Positions 1-12,391 of a DNA stretch of 64,000 nucleotides are shown in pieces (the stretch's first letter is position 1; each line of letters opens with the position of its first letter). The translations under genes and the position numbers were made by a program. Below the pieces are notes generated by a model. It did no database searches and had not been told where the DNA came from. It saw only the letters and a list, made by a program, of their open reading frames with translations. The DNA comes from Amoebophrya sp. A120 (Eukaryota; Protista; Dinoflagellata). The stretch covers positions 7,222,743-7,286,742 of the forward strand of contig CAJINV010000002.1 of NCBI GenBank assembly GCA_905178155.1, written 5' to 3'.

Positions 1-19
1 CCTCGCGTCGCCGGCGAAA

Positions 20-3000
20 TTGGAGAAGTACTTGACTGGTGGGTTGAAAAAGGGATCGCAGGTTTTGGTATGTAGAAAGAAAAAGCCGCCGAAGGTGGAG
101 GGCGGGAACTACCTTGGATTTTCGCCTCACTTGAAGAAGTATTTCGAAGCGAATGTGAAGAGACCCATTGGGTCCGAGCTGTGGGAAAAGTTCGCACTGG
201 AGTCCGGCGTCATTTCTGAAAGTCGTCCCGAAGGAGATGCAGCAGCATCGAGAGCAGTGGCCGCCAAAACAGATCTTCCGGAGAAGAAAAAAGAACCTAT
301 GGATGAAAGATCAATAAAAAAGGAGGAGGACACGCCGCCCAGAGCTTCTGCTGCGAAAAAAACTTCCGAGGACGCGAGTCAGAAGAAGCAAGACGGCGCT
401 GCTAGTACGACGGAAAATCAACAAGCCGCCACTTGTGCCGCAATAGTCACCGCGAGACGACAGGGTCGACAAACTGGCGTCGCTCTCAGCAAAACTCCGG
501 ACACGAGTGAGCAAGACCGCCACCTCTTTCTGCAACAGCAAATGGCGTTACGAAAGGCGGCGAAAGCCAAACGCTTATCCTCCCGTCTGATCGATTCGGA
601 ATCCGCGGAAGCTTTTGAGCGGAGGCGGAAGCGACAGCGGAGGTTGCAGCGGATGTTTTTGGAACAACACGAAGTTCAGAATAGCGAATCTCTCGGGACC
701 AAATTCCTCGCTGGGTTGAGTTCTCTCTTCGGAGTAGGAGAGACTGAGCACCAGCAACAGCCTACATTCAAGACATTAGAGCAAGCGAAGGCACTTGCCA
801 AATCCAAAGACAAAGCAGAACGGCACAAACACCACACCCATCTGCAGTTCGGGCAGAACCAAGAATCCAGGGACCCCCTGGTGTTGGACGACAAGGGCTT
901 CATCCTGGAACCTCCCGCCGGAAACCCGGAGCCGGTGCGCGTGTTGCCGCATTTGCTTTCCGAGGAGATGGCGTATTTGAAAATCGTGCTCGAGTGGATT
1001 GAATTGATCAAACAAACCACGATAAAACCCAGTAGCACTTTCAGCTTCAACGTCGGAGGATCTTCATCCGCGACGGCTTCATCCCTCAGCGACTACACGA
1101 TCCCAAGACCCACCGCAGCGACCATGCTGGCGAATTTTGGCAGCTCCCTTCTGAACACCATCACGGGGCGCGAGGATTTGTCGCAGCACGAGGGTGTCAG
1201 TGCGAAATTCCTCGAGTTGGAGAAGATGAGCGACGTCGCGCTTGAAAAAAGATTGCAGCGAAATGTGGAGGAGAATGCAGATTTGGTTGGGGACACAGGA
1301 AGAGGTCAAAATGCAGAAGATAATCGGTTCGATGGTGTCACAACTTCTTCATCCACGTTCTCCACAAACTTTGCACTTTTGCAGAAGAAGTTTTTCCCTG
1401 AGTACGTGGAGTACACTAAGCGCATCGCGATGCAGAAGTACTTGCGGCTGGCGAAGATCCGCACCCAGTATTTGTCCACCCTCTCCTACACCTGTCGCAA
1501 CACGATTTCCCACGAATTTGCGCTCGATGTTGAAGTTCATTTTCCGGAAACTGCGGAACTGGTGGAGATACAAACGCGGAAAAGGGTTTTGTCCGCATTG
1601 AAACTGATGGAAATCGAGTCCCACAACAGCCACTTGGCAACAGAATCTGCGCACCAGGCTGCAGTTGCACACGAAGAAGTTGCAGTCGACAATGAAGATG
1701 AAAATGGCGGAGAAGCAGGTGGAAAAGCCAAGCCCACCATCACGGCGTTTGCGATCGGCCTGCAATTGACCCGGATCAACGAAAAGGGAGAGCTAATCGA
1801 CCCGGTGCAGCGCCGGCGTAGATTCGTGAAGAAGCGGTGGAAGAAAGCGTTTAAGAAGGTGGTCCTTCTACTGAAAGTCACCACCCAGTTCCGTTCCCTG
1901 ATCCCAGTGTATGGTAAGCGCTCAACTGCTTTCCGGGTGAAGCAGCTGAGTCAGTTTCTGATGAAGAGCAGAGGTTTCATCGAGGATTTCTCCATGGGAG
2001 CAGGGACATCAACAACAATGCAGAACAACTATCAAAGGCATCAACTTCGCGACGAGCGGCAGATGGCGAAAGCGAGGCTGTTCGCCATTCGGGATTTTTT
2101 AGAACCATCCGTTGCCGTCGACGCGGAAAGACCACAAGAGGCAGCGCTGTTGTTTCCTGGCGACAGCAACAAACCGCAAACCGTCCGAGAAACAGCAGCA
2201 GAAACGAGGCGGAAAATCGCGTTTAAGCAGGGCCGGGGGCTGATTGAGCTGCGGCAGCTGGTACCACTGGTACCCTGGGACGATTCTATGGTCGCAGGGA
2301 AAACCAAACAAGAACCGAAGAAATTGTCCGGCCGACCGGTGAAGAAGCGAGATAGCAATGCTGCAAAGGAACAGCTTTCCGCTTTCACTTACGCGACTTT
2401 GTGGGAAGAAAGCACATCGGTAACTACAAGCGCAGGATCTACTTCTCGAGCTGGCGCGACGTCTCAGCAGCAGTTTAAAAACCACATAGCCTTGCTTCAA
2501 CCTGGGCAGTTAGCGTACAAAGAGTTGGCCTACATCTTGCACGACCCGAGTTTGAATTCCTTAATTCTCCCGGTGAAAGCGCAAGTTGCGAAAACGGAGC
2601 TGCAAACTGCTTTGTTGGGTCCTGCTGGTGCTGCTCAAAATGGAGAAGACAGTCCCGATCTTATCGACAATCTGTCAAATAACAACTACACCAATCACCC
2701 CTACCGGAGACGCTTTCAGCAGAACATGCAGAAAAACCAGAATTTGCAGGCCCTCCAGCAGGCGGCGAAGTATCCAAGAAAAAAACTGTGTAACTGTAAC
2801 TTCGCAGCAAGAACAGCATCACAAATTCGTTTTGCATTACAGGCAAAACCTGTCATGTGCAGCTAGTACATGGAAACACGTATGAAAGTTGCCTATCACG
2901 TACATCCAGCATAACAAGCGTATACGGTTTTGCATTTCCTGCATCACAGACTTACACTTACACAGTTTTTTTCTTGCATACGAAGCTGGAGGTTTTGAAT

Positions 3001-4024
3001 ATCAAGGAGGAGAACAAATTTCTAGAAAAGGTCCTCCACATATGGGAGTGTCAGGTTTGAAATCGACAAAGTTGAAATAATTTGTCATGCATAAAATGGA
3101 TGCCAGTTAGACCTGCAGTCTGTAGTCGGTGCATGACAAATTTTCCCGGTCCTGGAAGCCAGTCTGTCATGCGGTTTAGGGCAAAAGAGCTGCCTTCTGT
3201 CATGCTAGTCAGCAGCCCAACTTTTGACCCTTACCAGGACTATCATCTGCCTCCCTTGCGTCCTCTGCAATAGAGTCACTTTTTGTATCGCATTTTATGC
3301 ATTACAAGTTATTTCAACTTTGTCGATTTCAACTCTGACACATCCATACCACAGAGACCGAACGGAACTGCTGCTCGGCTGCACGAACGCGGATTTCGGC
3401 GGGGGAGCTGCATCCGGTTTGTCAGCACCTGTTCCGAGGATGATTTTACACGGAAATAATCCCAACAACGCGGAAATCTGGGGTAGCAACAACCCCTGGG
3501 TTTTGCAGCCGGTTTCCGCGGGAAGAAAGTTGTCTCGGTCGCCGAGCCCAATCGACTTTCAAACCCGGAACCGGCGCGGCAGCCGGAGTCCGTCGAACCA
3601 CTTCGGGAGCAGAAGTCGGAGTCCTCCCGGCTTGGTCAGGTCGCCCAGAATAAATCACGATCGGTTGATCGGTAGTCGGAGTCGGTCGCCGAATTTGATG
3701 CTGTCCTCTCGGCGTGGTCAAGTCCTGGAGCACGTCCCAGACGATGTGTTGATTCCGCAGTTGAGTCGCGGGAATTCGCCATCCCCAGTGATCGGGCGGA
3801 GCAGGAGCGTCAGTCGCGGCGGCAGAAGTGCGTCGGCAGGTAAGCGAGTTCGGTTTAACCCGAGTGACGCTGCAGTCGAGCCGGACAAACTGCGGATTAC
3901 GGTAAAGCAACCGACGGGGGAGAGATTCAACGAAAGAGCTTTTTTGAGGCACTTGCGGAAAAGCGCTCGAGGAGAAGCGGGGCCGGATGGAGAGGTTTTG
4001 TTTCACAATGTAAGAAGGATCTAG
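20..4024 (+). CDS. Large hypothetical protein, probably 5'-truncated by the window; exons ~20-2770, 2986-3040, 3354-4024
   Basis: The 948-aa ORF continues in frame once the elements at 2771 and 3041 (each plus one TSD) are removed: QAAK|LEVLNIKEENKFLEKVLH|RDRTELLLG. C-terminus is RS/SP-rich. No family recognised. Confidence 0.7.
2771..2980. mobile_element. TIR introner, family A (210 bp)
   Basis: TIRs tatccaagaaaaaaactgtgtaactgtaa / ttacacttacacagtttttttcttgcata; TSD cgaag at 2766-2770 and 2981-2985. Confidence 0.92.
3041..3348. mobile_element. TIR introner, family B (308 bp)
   Basis: Long TIR tatgggagtgtcaggtttgaaatcgacaaagttgaaataa / ttatttcaactttgtcgatttcaactctgacacatccata; TSD ccaca at 3036-3040 and 3349-3353. 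Confidence 0.95.
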
Positions 4025-5206
4025 GGAAGGAGGAGGGACGCGGATTTGAGGGACGCGGATTTTTTTTCAACATGGAAATCAGACTGAAAATCTATTCCAA
4101 GAAGAACTTTCATATTACTACTCAACAACAAGAAAGACGTTTCGAGTTTTTACGTTTCGTCCGGCTGACAAGTCACGTTTCGAATTATTTCCACTATTGT
4201 TGCAGATGCATATGCATTGAGCAAATGCAAGGTCAACAAGATGACACCAGATTCAATAGGTTTCTGTTGCAAGAACGCATGGCGAATCGTCCGCGGAGGT
4301 AAAAACAAACAAAAAAATGAATTACAGCCAGCCTACAACTTGAATTTGAATTTGTTGTCGGTTCCAACGAAGGAACCTGCACCCCCTGGCAGATTTTGAC
4401 CGTGCCTACTAGTGACTCACGACGGTCCAACATGTCCATTGCGAGCTGCTGGGCCCTGACATTCCTTGTCGTTCTCGGTTGGACGCATTACCAGAAATGT
4501 AATCGGTAGTTTGATAGACAACTTTTCGGCCACGGCGCAGGCCGCTCTGAGCACCGTCGTCCGCATCTCGATCAACAGCGAGAAATAACAAGTATTGTGC
4601 GCAGATTACTTGCTCGGTTCGTCAAGATTTACTGTTGTCGTTATTTTCGTTTACCATTTCGATTTCTCATATATCGGTCTTCTCGTCATCTATTCGGTTC
4701 ATTTGTCGTCAACTGCACAACTCAAAGTAGAATCGGTTTTTTGACTGAGAGGCGTTCCGCCTTCGGTAACCTCGTCATTTCAGCCCACTATGGCCAGCGA
4801 TTTTCGTCGTTGCTTTTAGTTGGTAGAAACACATCATACTTCGATAGCTTCCTCTACTCTCGTCCTTGCCACACCCATCTTCCAGGGATCTGTCGGCGAG
4901 AGAAGTTGTGGATTGTTGGGACCTAGGCCTCGCCAGTCTGCAGCGTCTTTCTCGCTTGAATCTGTTTCCTCCATCGACTGCTAATTTACTCCCCCTAATT
5001 TGAAGAATTTGAATTCGTTGCACATTTTACTCTTCCACTTTCAAAATGGCTCGACACCTTCTTGAACAATTGACCGTAAATGTACTACTTACGTGAGCTC
5101 TACCCCACCATTATTTACTTTCTTCCCTTTGTGTAGATCTACATTACATTTGCATTTCTGCTATTTTTTTACTTACATTGACGCGACACCCCTGGTTTTG
5201 CCCAAC

Positions 5207-7651
5207 ATGCCAGGCGGTTACGGCGAAAACTACATGGGTGATATCACGCGCAACAACACGGCCCCATCAACTCTGCCTTGCACTTATGCAGGAACATCAT
5301 TTTCACGCGCAGAGTCAAACTCAAAGTCAACAAACACAAACACAAAGACAAGCCGGAACTAGTTCCGCGGTCTCGCAGGGTCTAGGTCATGCTGGTGGAA
5401 TCCAGGAGTTCATCTTATTTGACTCATCATGCAACTGATTCCAGCACTACCATCAATATGACAAGCCTTTGCAAGAAATCAAAAAGGTAGTGTCGATAGT
5501 ACGGTGTCGTGTTTGCATGTGATATCGCGTTCTTTCGGTGGCGGGGAGTCTTCTTTTGAGGAGGAGACCCGAGGGCTGCAACACGACGAAGAACTGGCCG
5601 ACGAGGAGTTTTACGTTTCCAAGCCGAAATCCATGGTGCAGCACCCGCCGCAGCAGCAAACAAATTCCATGATGTACTCCGGAGAGGTATGGCATGAAGA
5701 ATGAAGAAAGGTGACTCGTCTCTTTACAACTGCATTTGCATGCTTGGAAGAAATGAATATGTCCGGGCTATTAAGTATGCTTTCGTATCCAGATTCACGA
5801 CTCCAAAGACTCCAGCTTGTAGTTAAGTCCATTAGTTGGTACCTCAACCCTGTGAACAAAAATAAGAGCACCTTTCTCGTCCCCTCGTTTCCATAGCCGA
5901 ACCCCCAGTACCCGAGCAGCTCCCCCAGTTCCGGGCCCGCCCTGCAGTACATTCCGCAGAGTGATTTTCTGTCTGACTTCGACAAGATCGACTTCATCCT
6001 GGACGCGAAGACCGGGTGCGCGGGCTACCGCTTCCAAATCCTGGGGAGACCGACGAAGACGCAGCGCGTGCACGTGATGACGATGACAATGAGCCGGAAC
6101 TGCTTCGACAACGGCGTGATGCGGCTGTACGAGGCGATGTACGACAAACCGCGAATTTCGCCCGGGAACTTTTCCGGTCTGCGCATGCGGTTCGGCGCCT
6201 ACGACGATTTGATCGAGAACCTGGATTACGGCGACCGCCCGCCGCTCGGCGAGTACGCGCTACCCTATCTCATGGCCGTCCCGCCGAAGACCTCCATCTA
6301 CACGGACTCCCGGGGCGTGTACCGGGAGGATGGAAATTGTTGTTGCGGGGCGTCGACCAACTGCAGCTGCTGCTACACGAACATCGACTACTCGGACAAG
6401 CAGAAGGACAGAATCCCGGCCGCGGCGTTGGAGCCCGTGCCCTGCTGCGAGGGCCCGGACTGCTCCGACCCGAAAAACAAAAATTGCTGCGCCTGTGGCT
6501 GCTTCGCGAAGAAGGACAAGCGCATTTGCTGCAACTACTGCGGCCCGAAGCCCGACGCGGTCGAGCTGTTTTCGCCGCAGGAGGAGCAGAGTGCGTGCAT
6601 GCTCAACTGTTGCGGCTGCAAGCTGAACGCCTGCTGCTGCCCCTACGAGGCCGGGTGCTGCTATGGATGTGTCAGAGTTGAAATCGACAGTGTTGAAATG
6701 ACTTGTAATGCATAAAATGCGATACAAAAAGTGACTCTATTGCAGAGGACGCAAGGGAGGCAGATTATAGTCCTGGTAAGGGTCAAGAGTTGGACTGCTG
6801 ACTAGCATGACAGAAGGCAGCTCTTTTGCCCTAAACCGCATGACAGACTCGCTTCCAGGACCGGGGAAATTTGTCATGCGCCGACTACAAACTGCAGGCC
6901 TAACTGGCATCCATTTTATGCATGACAAATTATTTCAACTTTGTCGATTTCAAACCTGACACTCCCATAGCTGCGCGCACGGCCCGGTGGAGCACGAACT
7001 GGTGTACTACGAGCGCGTGCTATGCAATGCAAAAGCATCGTACTAGTATAAATTGCATCACAAATTTTGGCAAGAAGAAAAGTGGAATTTGTAATGCTGT
7101 TTTACCTTAGAAAAGAGATTTGTCATGCATATTTGCAATTAGTACGACTACGATACTTTTGCACAGGATACGTGCCCAACCACGGCAATCTGGAGCAGCC
7201 CGGGCCCTTTCACCTCCAGGCCGTCAAGATCGGGAAATGCATCAACACCTCCTCCGCGGTGGAAAAGTGCTTCGGCCACTGCTGCAATTTCTTCTGCAAC
7301 CTGCCCCCGTGCTGCTGCTCGCAGACCGGCATGAGCGGCGAATACGAGTTGCGGGACATGAAGAACCGCCTGATTTTTACCATCGAGGCGGACGCCGGGC
7401 TCTGCCCGGGCAGCGACGCGGAGTTTCGCATCATGGAGCGGCGGGACGCCGGGAGGGCCCCCGTGCAGCGGGGGTCGATCAAGATGGAAATCCCGTTCTA
7501 CGCTTGTGGGTGCGGGGCGTGCGACTCCTGCTACGGGAAGATTCGTCTAGACTTCGGCACCATCGAGGACGTGTACCAGCGGTTCCACGTCTTGGGCTTC
7601 GCCATGCAGCTCTGCGAGAAGATGGTGGGCGCGCGACGCGGAGTGGCGTGA
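5207..7651 (+). CDS. Cys-rich phospholipid scramblase-like protein; exons ~5207-5241, 5530-5686, 5897-6661, 6975-7020, 7176-7651
   Basis: Exons join in frame (YSGE|PNPQYP, EAGCC|AHGPVEH, YERV|PNHGNL). The C-terminus FTIEAD...FRIM...GSIKME...RLDFGTIEDVYQRFHVLGFAMQL resembles the scramblase terminal strands and helix. First exon tentative. Confidence 0.6.
5242..5524. mobile_element. Degenerate TIR introner (283 bp), TSD not retained
   Basis: Left tatcacgcgcaacaacacg pairs imperfectly with right cgtgtttgcatgtgata. Flanks ggtga and tcgcg differ. Element+5 = 288 nt joins the flanking ORFs in frame. Confidence 0.55.
5687..5896 (+). other. GT-AG intron (210 nt) with decayed TAT...ATA inverted repeats
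   Basis: G|TATGG...CCATA|G; agaaaggtgactc near the 5' end pairs with gagcacctttct near the 3' end; in-frame exon join. Confidence 0.7.
6662..6969. mobile_element. TIR introner, family B (308 bp), inverted relative to 3041-3348
   Basis: Near-identical reverse complement of 3041-3348; TSD gctgc at 6657-6661 and 6970-6974. Confidence 0.95.
7021..7170. mobile_element. TIR introner, family D (150 bp)
   Basis: tatgcaatgcaaaagcatcgta / tacgatacttttgcacaggata; TSD cgtgc at 7016-7020 and 7171-7175. Confidence 0.9.
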
Positions 7652-9117
7652 AGGCGGCACGACCAGAAGCGGCAGAACTAAGTACAACATCTCTGCTGCC
7701 TTTATGGCTTTTTTTGTACGTTACGCATTTACAATTTTATCAGCATACATTTTGACATTTTTCGGGATTTTCATTCGTAAACTAGTTTAACATTTGCACA
7801 TCACATGTATTTAATAATCTTTATCATACGCATACGGACCTATTTCGTTTTTTTGTTTGGTTTAGCATAAATTCACGACTTGACGCTAACTCTAACGCAG
7901 AATTTCATCACAACTGACCCGCTAGGGCTAAAGATCATCGTTGAGTCGGTCGCACAAATATCGTTCGGTTGTTCTCTGAGGTAAGTTGAAGAGCAGTTAT
8001 TTTCCATGAGCAATAAAAATAAACATAGCGCATCCGTTCCACAGAGTAAAGTTTGAGTTCAATGGTATTCCTGTATTGTTTTTTGGCAGCCCGCGTCTTT
8101 CAGCCCAACACTAGGGTACTGCACCATACGTACGTACCTGGTCGTCACGAACTCTACAGGTTTTCTACGCTCCATGACTGGAACTATTTACAAAAACAGC
8201 ATCAAATTCAAAGTTGATGATTCGAAAAGTAATCTAGTGGAACTACAACTAAGCTTTATTGATTAAAATGCGCCAACAAGAACAGTATCGAATTTCAATT
8301 TGTTGGTATAGAAGAAGAATCTAGTAAGATAAATCCTCGCTTTACTTGTGTTGTAGCAAAACCATTTTCATGAAGATTTTATGGCGGCTTCTTTTAGTGT
8401 TCCGGAGCTCTGACTTCTACGCGAGCAGAAGCACTGTCGTGAAGACAACTTGACGGTGTAGCTCTCGCTCCGTTTCCAGCAGCGCAACGTCGGTGTAGTT
8501 TGATGTGGTCGCCTGTTTTATTCTGCCGTGGTTTTGCCCTGGGACGAGCAACCTCGTAGCCTGCTGGAAGAACCAGGTCGGTTGATTTTTGTCGTGTGTC
8601 CTTGTGTCATTGAGTTTCAAATAAATTTGTAATTGAGGAATTTGTTCCTGCTCGTTCGCGACCGATCCTATAGCAGCATTCTCCACTTCTAGCAGTTGCT
8701 CTTTGGTCATCAAATGAACAGTATCGGTAATTTGAATTCCTTTACCAAACGTTTCAGGAGAAACATCAGCACCCTCGCATGTATTAGCGTTCGACTTCCC
8801 ACACCCACAATATTTTTGTAGTTACTTGCTCAAAGTCTAAAGCTATTGGTGGTTTCTCTGACACGGTCCTTTTCACCCTCGCTCTTTTCTTTTCACCCTC
8901 GCGCGGCTTGACTAGTAAATCGAATTAAAGCAGCACCAAAATGAGATGAGTACGCATCTTTCGCAACCCCCAATTCTTGCGAGATTTTTGTGCAGGCACT
9001 TTTCGAAAGACGTTCGGGGAAGAAGTATAACGAGCACGCCCTCCTTTTTTGCGGTCGCAAGAGACCTTTCTCACAGCTGCAGCCTGCTACCACTCAACCC
9101 GCAACGAACAAGGACCA

Positions 9118-10829
9118 TGTCTACCGCAGCGACGTTTTCGAATTTTCCGACCGAGCATGAGCGTTTTCTCTTCGACCTGAATGGATACCTGGTCCTGCGC
9201 AATGTCTTCACCGAGGCAGAAATCGCGGGCATGAACGCTGAGGTCGATGGGTGGAAAAAAGAAAACAAAGTGGTATACCGGGAAAATATGAAACTAAAAA
9301 ACGCACCAACGACGACGTCGACGGAAACCCAGAAAAATGGCGATCAAACGGTCCCAAGTCCCATGAGTGGCTTGACCACGTCGGCCGAGCACTCCAGGGG
9401 CGATCTGGGGGGCATATTGTCCGCAAAAGCCTTTCGGAATGTGTTGACGCATCCAAAACTGGTCCCCTACTTCACGGCGTTGCTCGGGAGGGGCTACCGC
9501 ATGGACCACCAACCCTTTGTGATTCTGCAGAACAAGGACTCCGAGGGATTCTCACTACACGGCGGACCGGTCGGGGGGAAAGACCATCGGTATTTTGTGT
9601 ATCAATTGAAGGAAGTGAGGACTTTCACATATGATCTTCTGTTGCCTCGTTGAGTGTAGTCCTCACAACCACAAGAGTTCTTACGCTCTGTGTGTAACTA
9701 TCGTGAACGTGATGTACTACATGATGTGCTAACATTGGTTCCTGTAGATGATTTTTGTCCTGTAGATGATTCATTAAATCCTCTTCCTATCAAACTCACA
9801 GCCCCATCCCGGAGCTTCAATACCATTGCCAGAATGGTTGGATCACGCAATCCCTGCTCGCCTGTTCTGTAGCGCTGCACGACGCGCCCGCCGGCGCCGG
9901 CGGCTACGTCGTGGTCCCGGGGTCGCACAAGCTGAATTTCTCCATGCCGCACGGGTTCGACGACGCGACGACCCTACCCGGCAAGGCTTTTTTCGAAGAA
10001 CACGTGCAGCAGCCGGTGTTGAAGAAAGGGGACGTAGTATGCAAGAAAAAAACTGTGTAAGTGTAACTTTCTTTGAGAAACAACATTACAAATTTGCCCT
10101 ACATGACAGAGAAAACCTCTCATGCGTGGCATGTAAGGGAAACGGAAAACACACATGAAAAGAGGACTTCGTGGCTGTCTGGCATGACAGGTGTAACTCT
10201 GTTGCATGTTCTGCAACACAAAGTTACACTTACGCAGTTTTTTTCTTGGATACGTAGTTCTCTTCTCCGAGGCGACCATCCACGGTGCCGTCACCTGGAA
10301 GGCGGACTTCGAGCGACGAGTCGCATTGTACTATGGCGTAGTTCTCAACTGTTACATTCTCAAGTGTTACATGGATTTGTCATGCAAGAATGGGACAAGT
10401 GAAAGGGGGGAGGTTGCATCTGTAGCATTACAAATTCCGAACAGATTTGGGTTCTGTTTAGCCATTCGCAAATTTGTCATGCGAAGCAGCTTGATCGTGT
10501 GGATCTTGGTGATCATTTTGCATGACAAATCATGTAACAGTTGAGAGTGTAACGTTTGAGAACGCCATATGTACCGGTTTGCGCCGGCGAATGTCGCATA
10601 TGGAAGGATGTATCTCGGGGAGGAAACGAAAGGCCCATTTGGGCTGGATTTGAAAGAATTGACCGAAGAGGAAAAAGCGGTCTTGCTACCGCCGTATGCG
10701 GTGAGAACCGAAAGAATGTGTGTAGAAGTGGATAAGGAAGAAGGTGGCCGTGTGAAGGTAGGCTTTGACAAAAGGACCGCAGAGAAAAAAGAGCACGACT
10801 TTAAGGTGTTTGGGACGAAATGGTTTTAA
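9118..10829 (+). CDS. Phytanoyl-CoA dioxygenase (PhyH) family Fe(II)/2-oxoglutarate oxygenase; exons ~9118-9589, 9802-10037, 10258-10331, 10575-10829 (start may be 8946)
   Basis: FDLNGYLVLRNV, LHGG, GGYVVVPGSHK, and the motifs KGDVVLFSEATIHGA and RRVALYRF, which appear only after the two introners are removed. Confidence 0.88.
9590..9801 (+). other. GT-AG intron (212 nt) with a weak terminal inverted repeat
   Basis: cg|gtattt...cacag|c gives in-frame DHRPIPELQY; ttgaaggaagtgagga pairs with tcctcttcctatcaa. Confidence 0.7.
10038..10252. mobile_element. TIR introner, family A (215 bp)
   Basis: tatgcaagaaaaaaactgtgtaagtgtaacttt / aaagttacacttacgcagtttttttcttggata; TSD cgtag at 10033-10037 and 10253-10257. 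Confidence 0.95.
10332..10569. mobile_element. TIR introner (238 bp), singleton family
   Basis: tatggcgtagttctcaactgttaca / tgtaacgtttgagaacgccata; TSD tgtac at 10327-10331 and 10570-10574. Confidence 0.92.
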
Positions 10830-11854
10830 TATACTTCGAGCGGGATAAGATTCAACGGAAAGTTACGGCTAGATATCTGCCGAGTTTGCGAAGAGTTAGT
10901 CGACGAACTCAAATTTAATACATTTTTCCGCGCCAGAAGATCAAAAGAGTTGTGTTCAGTGCTAGTTCACTGTACTACAGCTGTCTAGGCCGTGGACATC
11001 GACCGACGAGAGGACAGAGAGATGCAAGCAGAATTAGTAGCCACAGCTGTCCCTTATCTATGTTTCGCCAGCAGGAGCAGGAGGTATTTTCTACAGCGAG
11101 AAGTGCTACGTATTGCTACTGTACTTGGGGGCAACAAAGAGGGATCACGATCTTTACTGAGCTGAGATGAGAAGAGCACGCACGTTGGAGAGGGTTGCTT
11201 CTTTTGTGAACTGCAAGATGTGGTTGTGCGGCCACTTTGCGTATATTATATTCGTATAAGAAGGTTTTTTCTTTTCGTGGTTGCCTGAGGCTGAGACCGA
11301 GCAAGAGTAGCATCAATGTGGTTTTGGGTCACATTCGGTAAAGAATACAGCAAAAGAAGCAAGTGCGGAGCAACAAAACAAAATAAGTGGCAAAAGAAGG
11401 GAAGGTACAATAAAACACTTCATTGTGCTGGCTCGTCGGTCCGAAAAATCGTCCCTCGTCTACTCAGAGAAGTAGAGACACAACAACATCATGTCGGCTG
11501 CTCCGCAGGTCTTATCCGACGCCACGCAGGAGGATCTGGCGATGGCCGTGGCGCACCTAAAGGAGAAAAATGACGAGGTGATTGCCGTGTGGCGTGTGAA
11601 CAAGGAGAACCACACCCTGTTCGACAAGCAGGTGCTCCCCTACCTCTGCATCCCGTGCTTGTGGCCCGCGGCCATCCTCGGTTCGCCGTGCTGGTGAACC
11701 GTCCGCCAGACCACGGTCAACATTCTGGCGGGTACGGTCTTCATCCTGGGGAAGAAAAACCTGTACCGTGTCATCGACGTGAAGACCGGAAGCTGCCAGT
11801 GCGCGCTCAAATGCGTCCCCAAGACCTGGTCGCAGGAGGGTGTTTGCGAGGACC

Positions 11855-12160
11855 TATGAGAATGCTGCACAAATGCTCCCCCTGCTTGCAGCTCTGATTT
11901 GCAGGACGTGCACCATCGGAATGAAATAAAATATTATAAAAGGCGAGCAGATAGTGGGTTGGGGTTCTCGTTCTGCATGACAAACCAACGTCGATGAGTT
12001 TTGTCGTTTGTTGGGCTTGTTCCAGATTTTGTCACGCAGGCGCTGGCAAAGGGAAACGAAAGGAAAGGGATTAGATGTCTAATATACTTGGTGATATGTT
12101 GATCTTGCGGGTCGTCACGCAGTCGAAGTCGTCGCGCGGGAGCAGTTGTGCACTCTCATA
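11855..12160. mobile_element. TIR introner (306 bp), singleton family
   Basis: tatgagaatgctgcacaaatgctccc / gggagcagttgtgcactctcata; TSD ggacc versus cgacc (4/5); removal gives EDLTKLDKVELIDKK. Confidence 0.82.
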
Positions 12161-12226
12161 CGACCTGACAAAACTGGACAAGGTGGAGTTGATCGACAAG
12201 AAACTGTTCTGTTTTCCGCTGCACCT

Positions 12227-12391
12227 TATCGCTCTGTGAAAAAGTTGCATCGTGTCGCTTTTCTTTGCAGCTCGTTTCGAACTTCCAATTTCCATAAAGC
12301 TTTCGAAACCTCCTGAAATTGTGTGAGTACTGCCAGCACATGCGGTGGTTGCTAGTTTGTGTTTACACAACGGGACTTTTTTTCTTGCATA
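12227..12391. mobile_element. Degenerate TIR introner (165 bp), family A-like right end
   Basis: Right end ttttttcttgcata; left end tatcgctctgtgaaaaagt is eroded; flanks cacct and catgt (3/5); removing element+5 links the ORFs in frame. Confidence 0.5.

Noticed and set aside
3082-3273. Repeated small ORF MSCIKWMPVRPAVCSR (also 6737-6928 on the minus strand)
   Set aside because: Incidental translation of the family-B element, with a TTG start and no transposase features.
3040-3352. AT-AC register suggesting a U12-type intron
   Set aside because: No ATATCCTT donor or U12 branch consensus; the inverted copy and the other elements do not share this register.
5041-5053. Partial match to the dinoflagellate spliced leader (agccattttg on the minus strand)
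   Set aside because: Too short to be distinguished from chance.
11857-11859. Second in-frame TGA suggesting a multi-selenocysteine protein
   Set aside because: It lies inside the introner starting at 11855 and disappears on excision.
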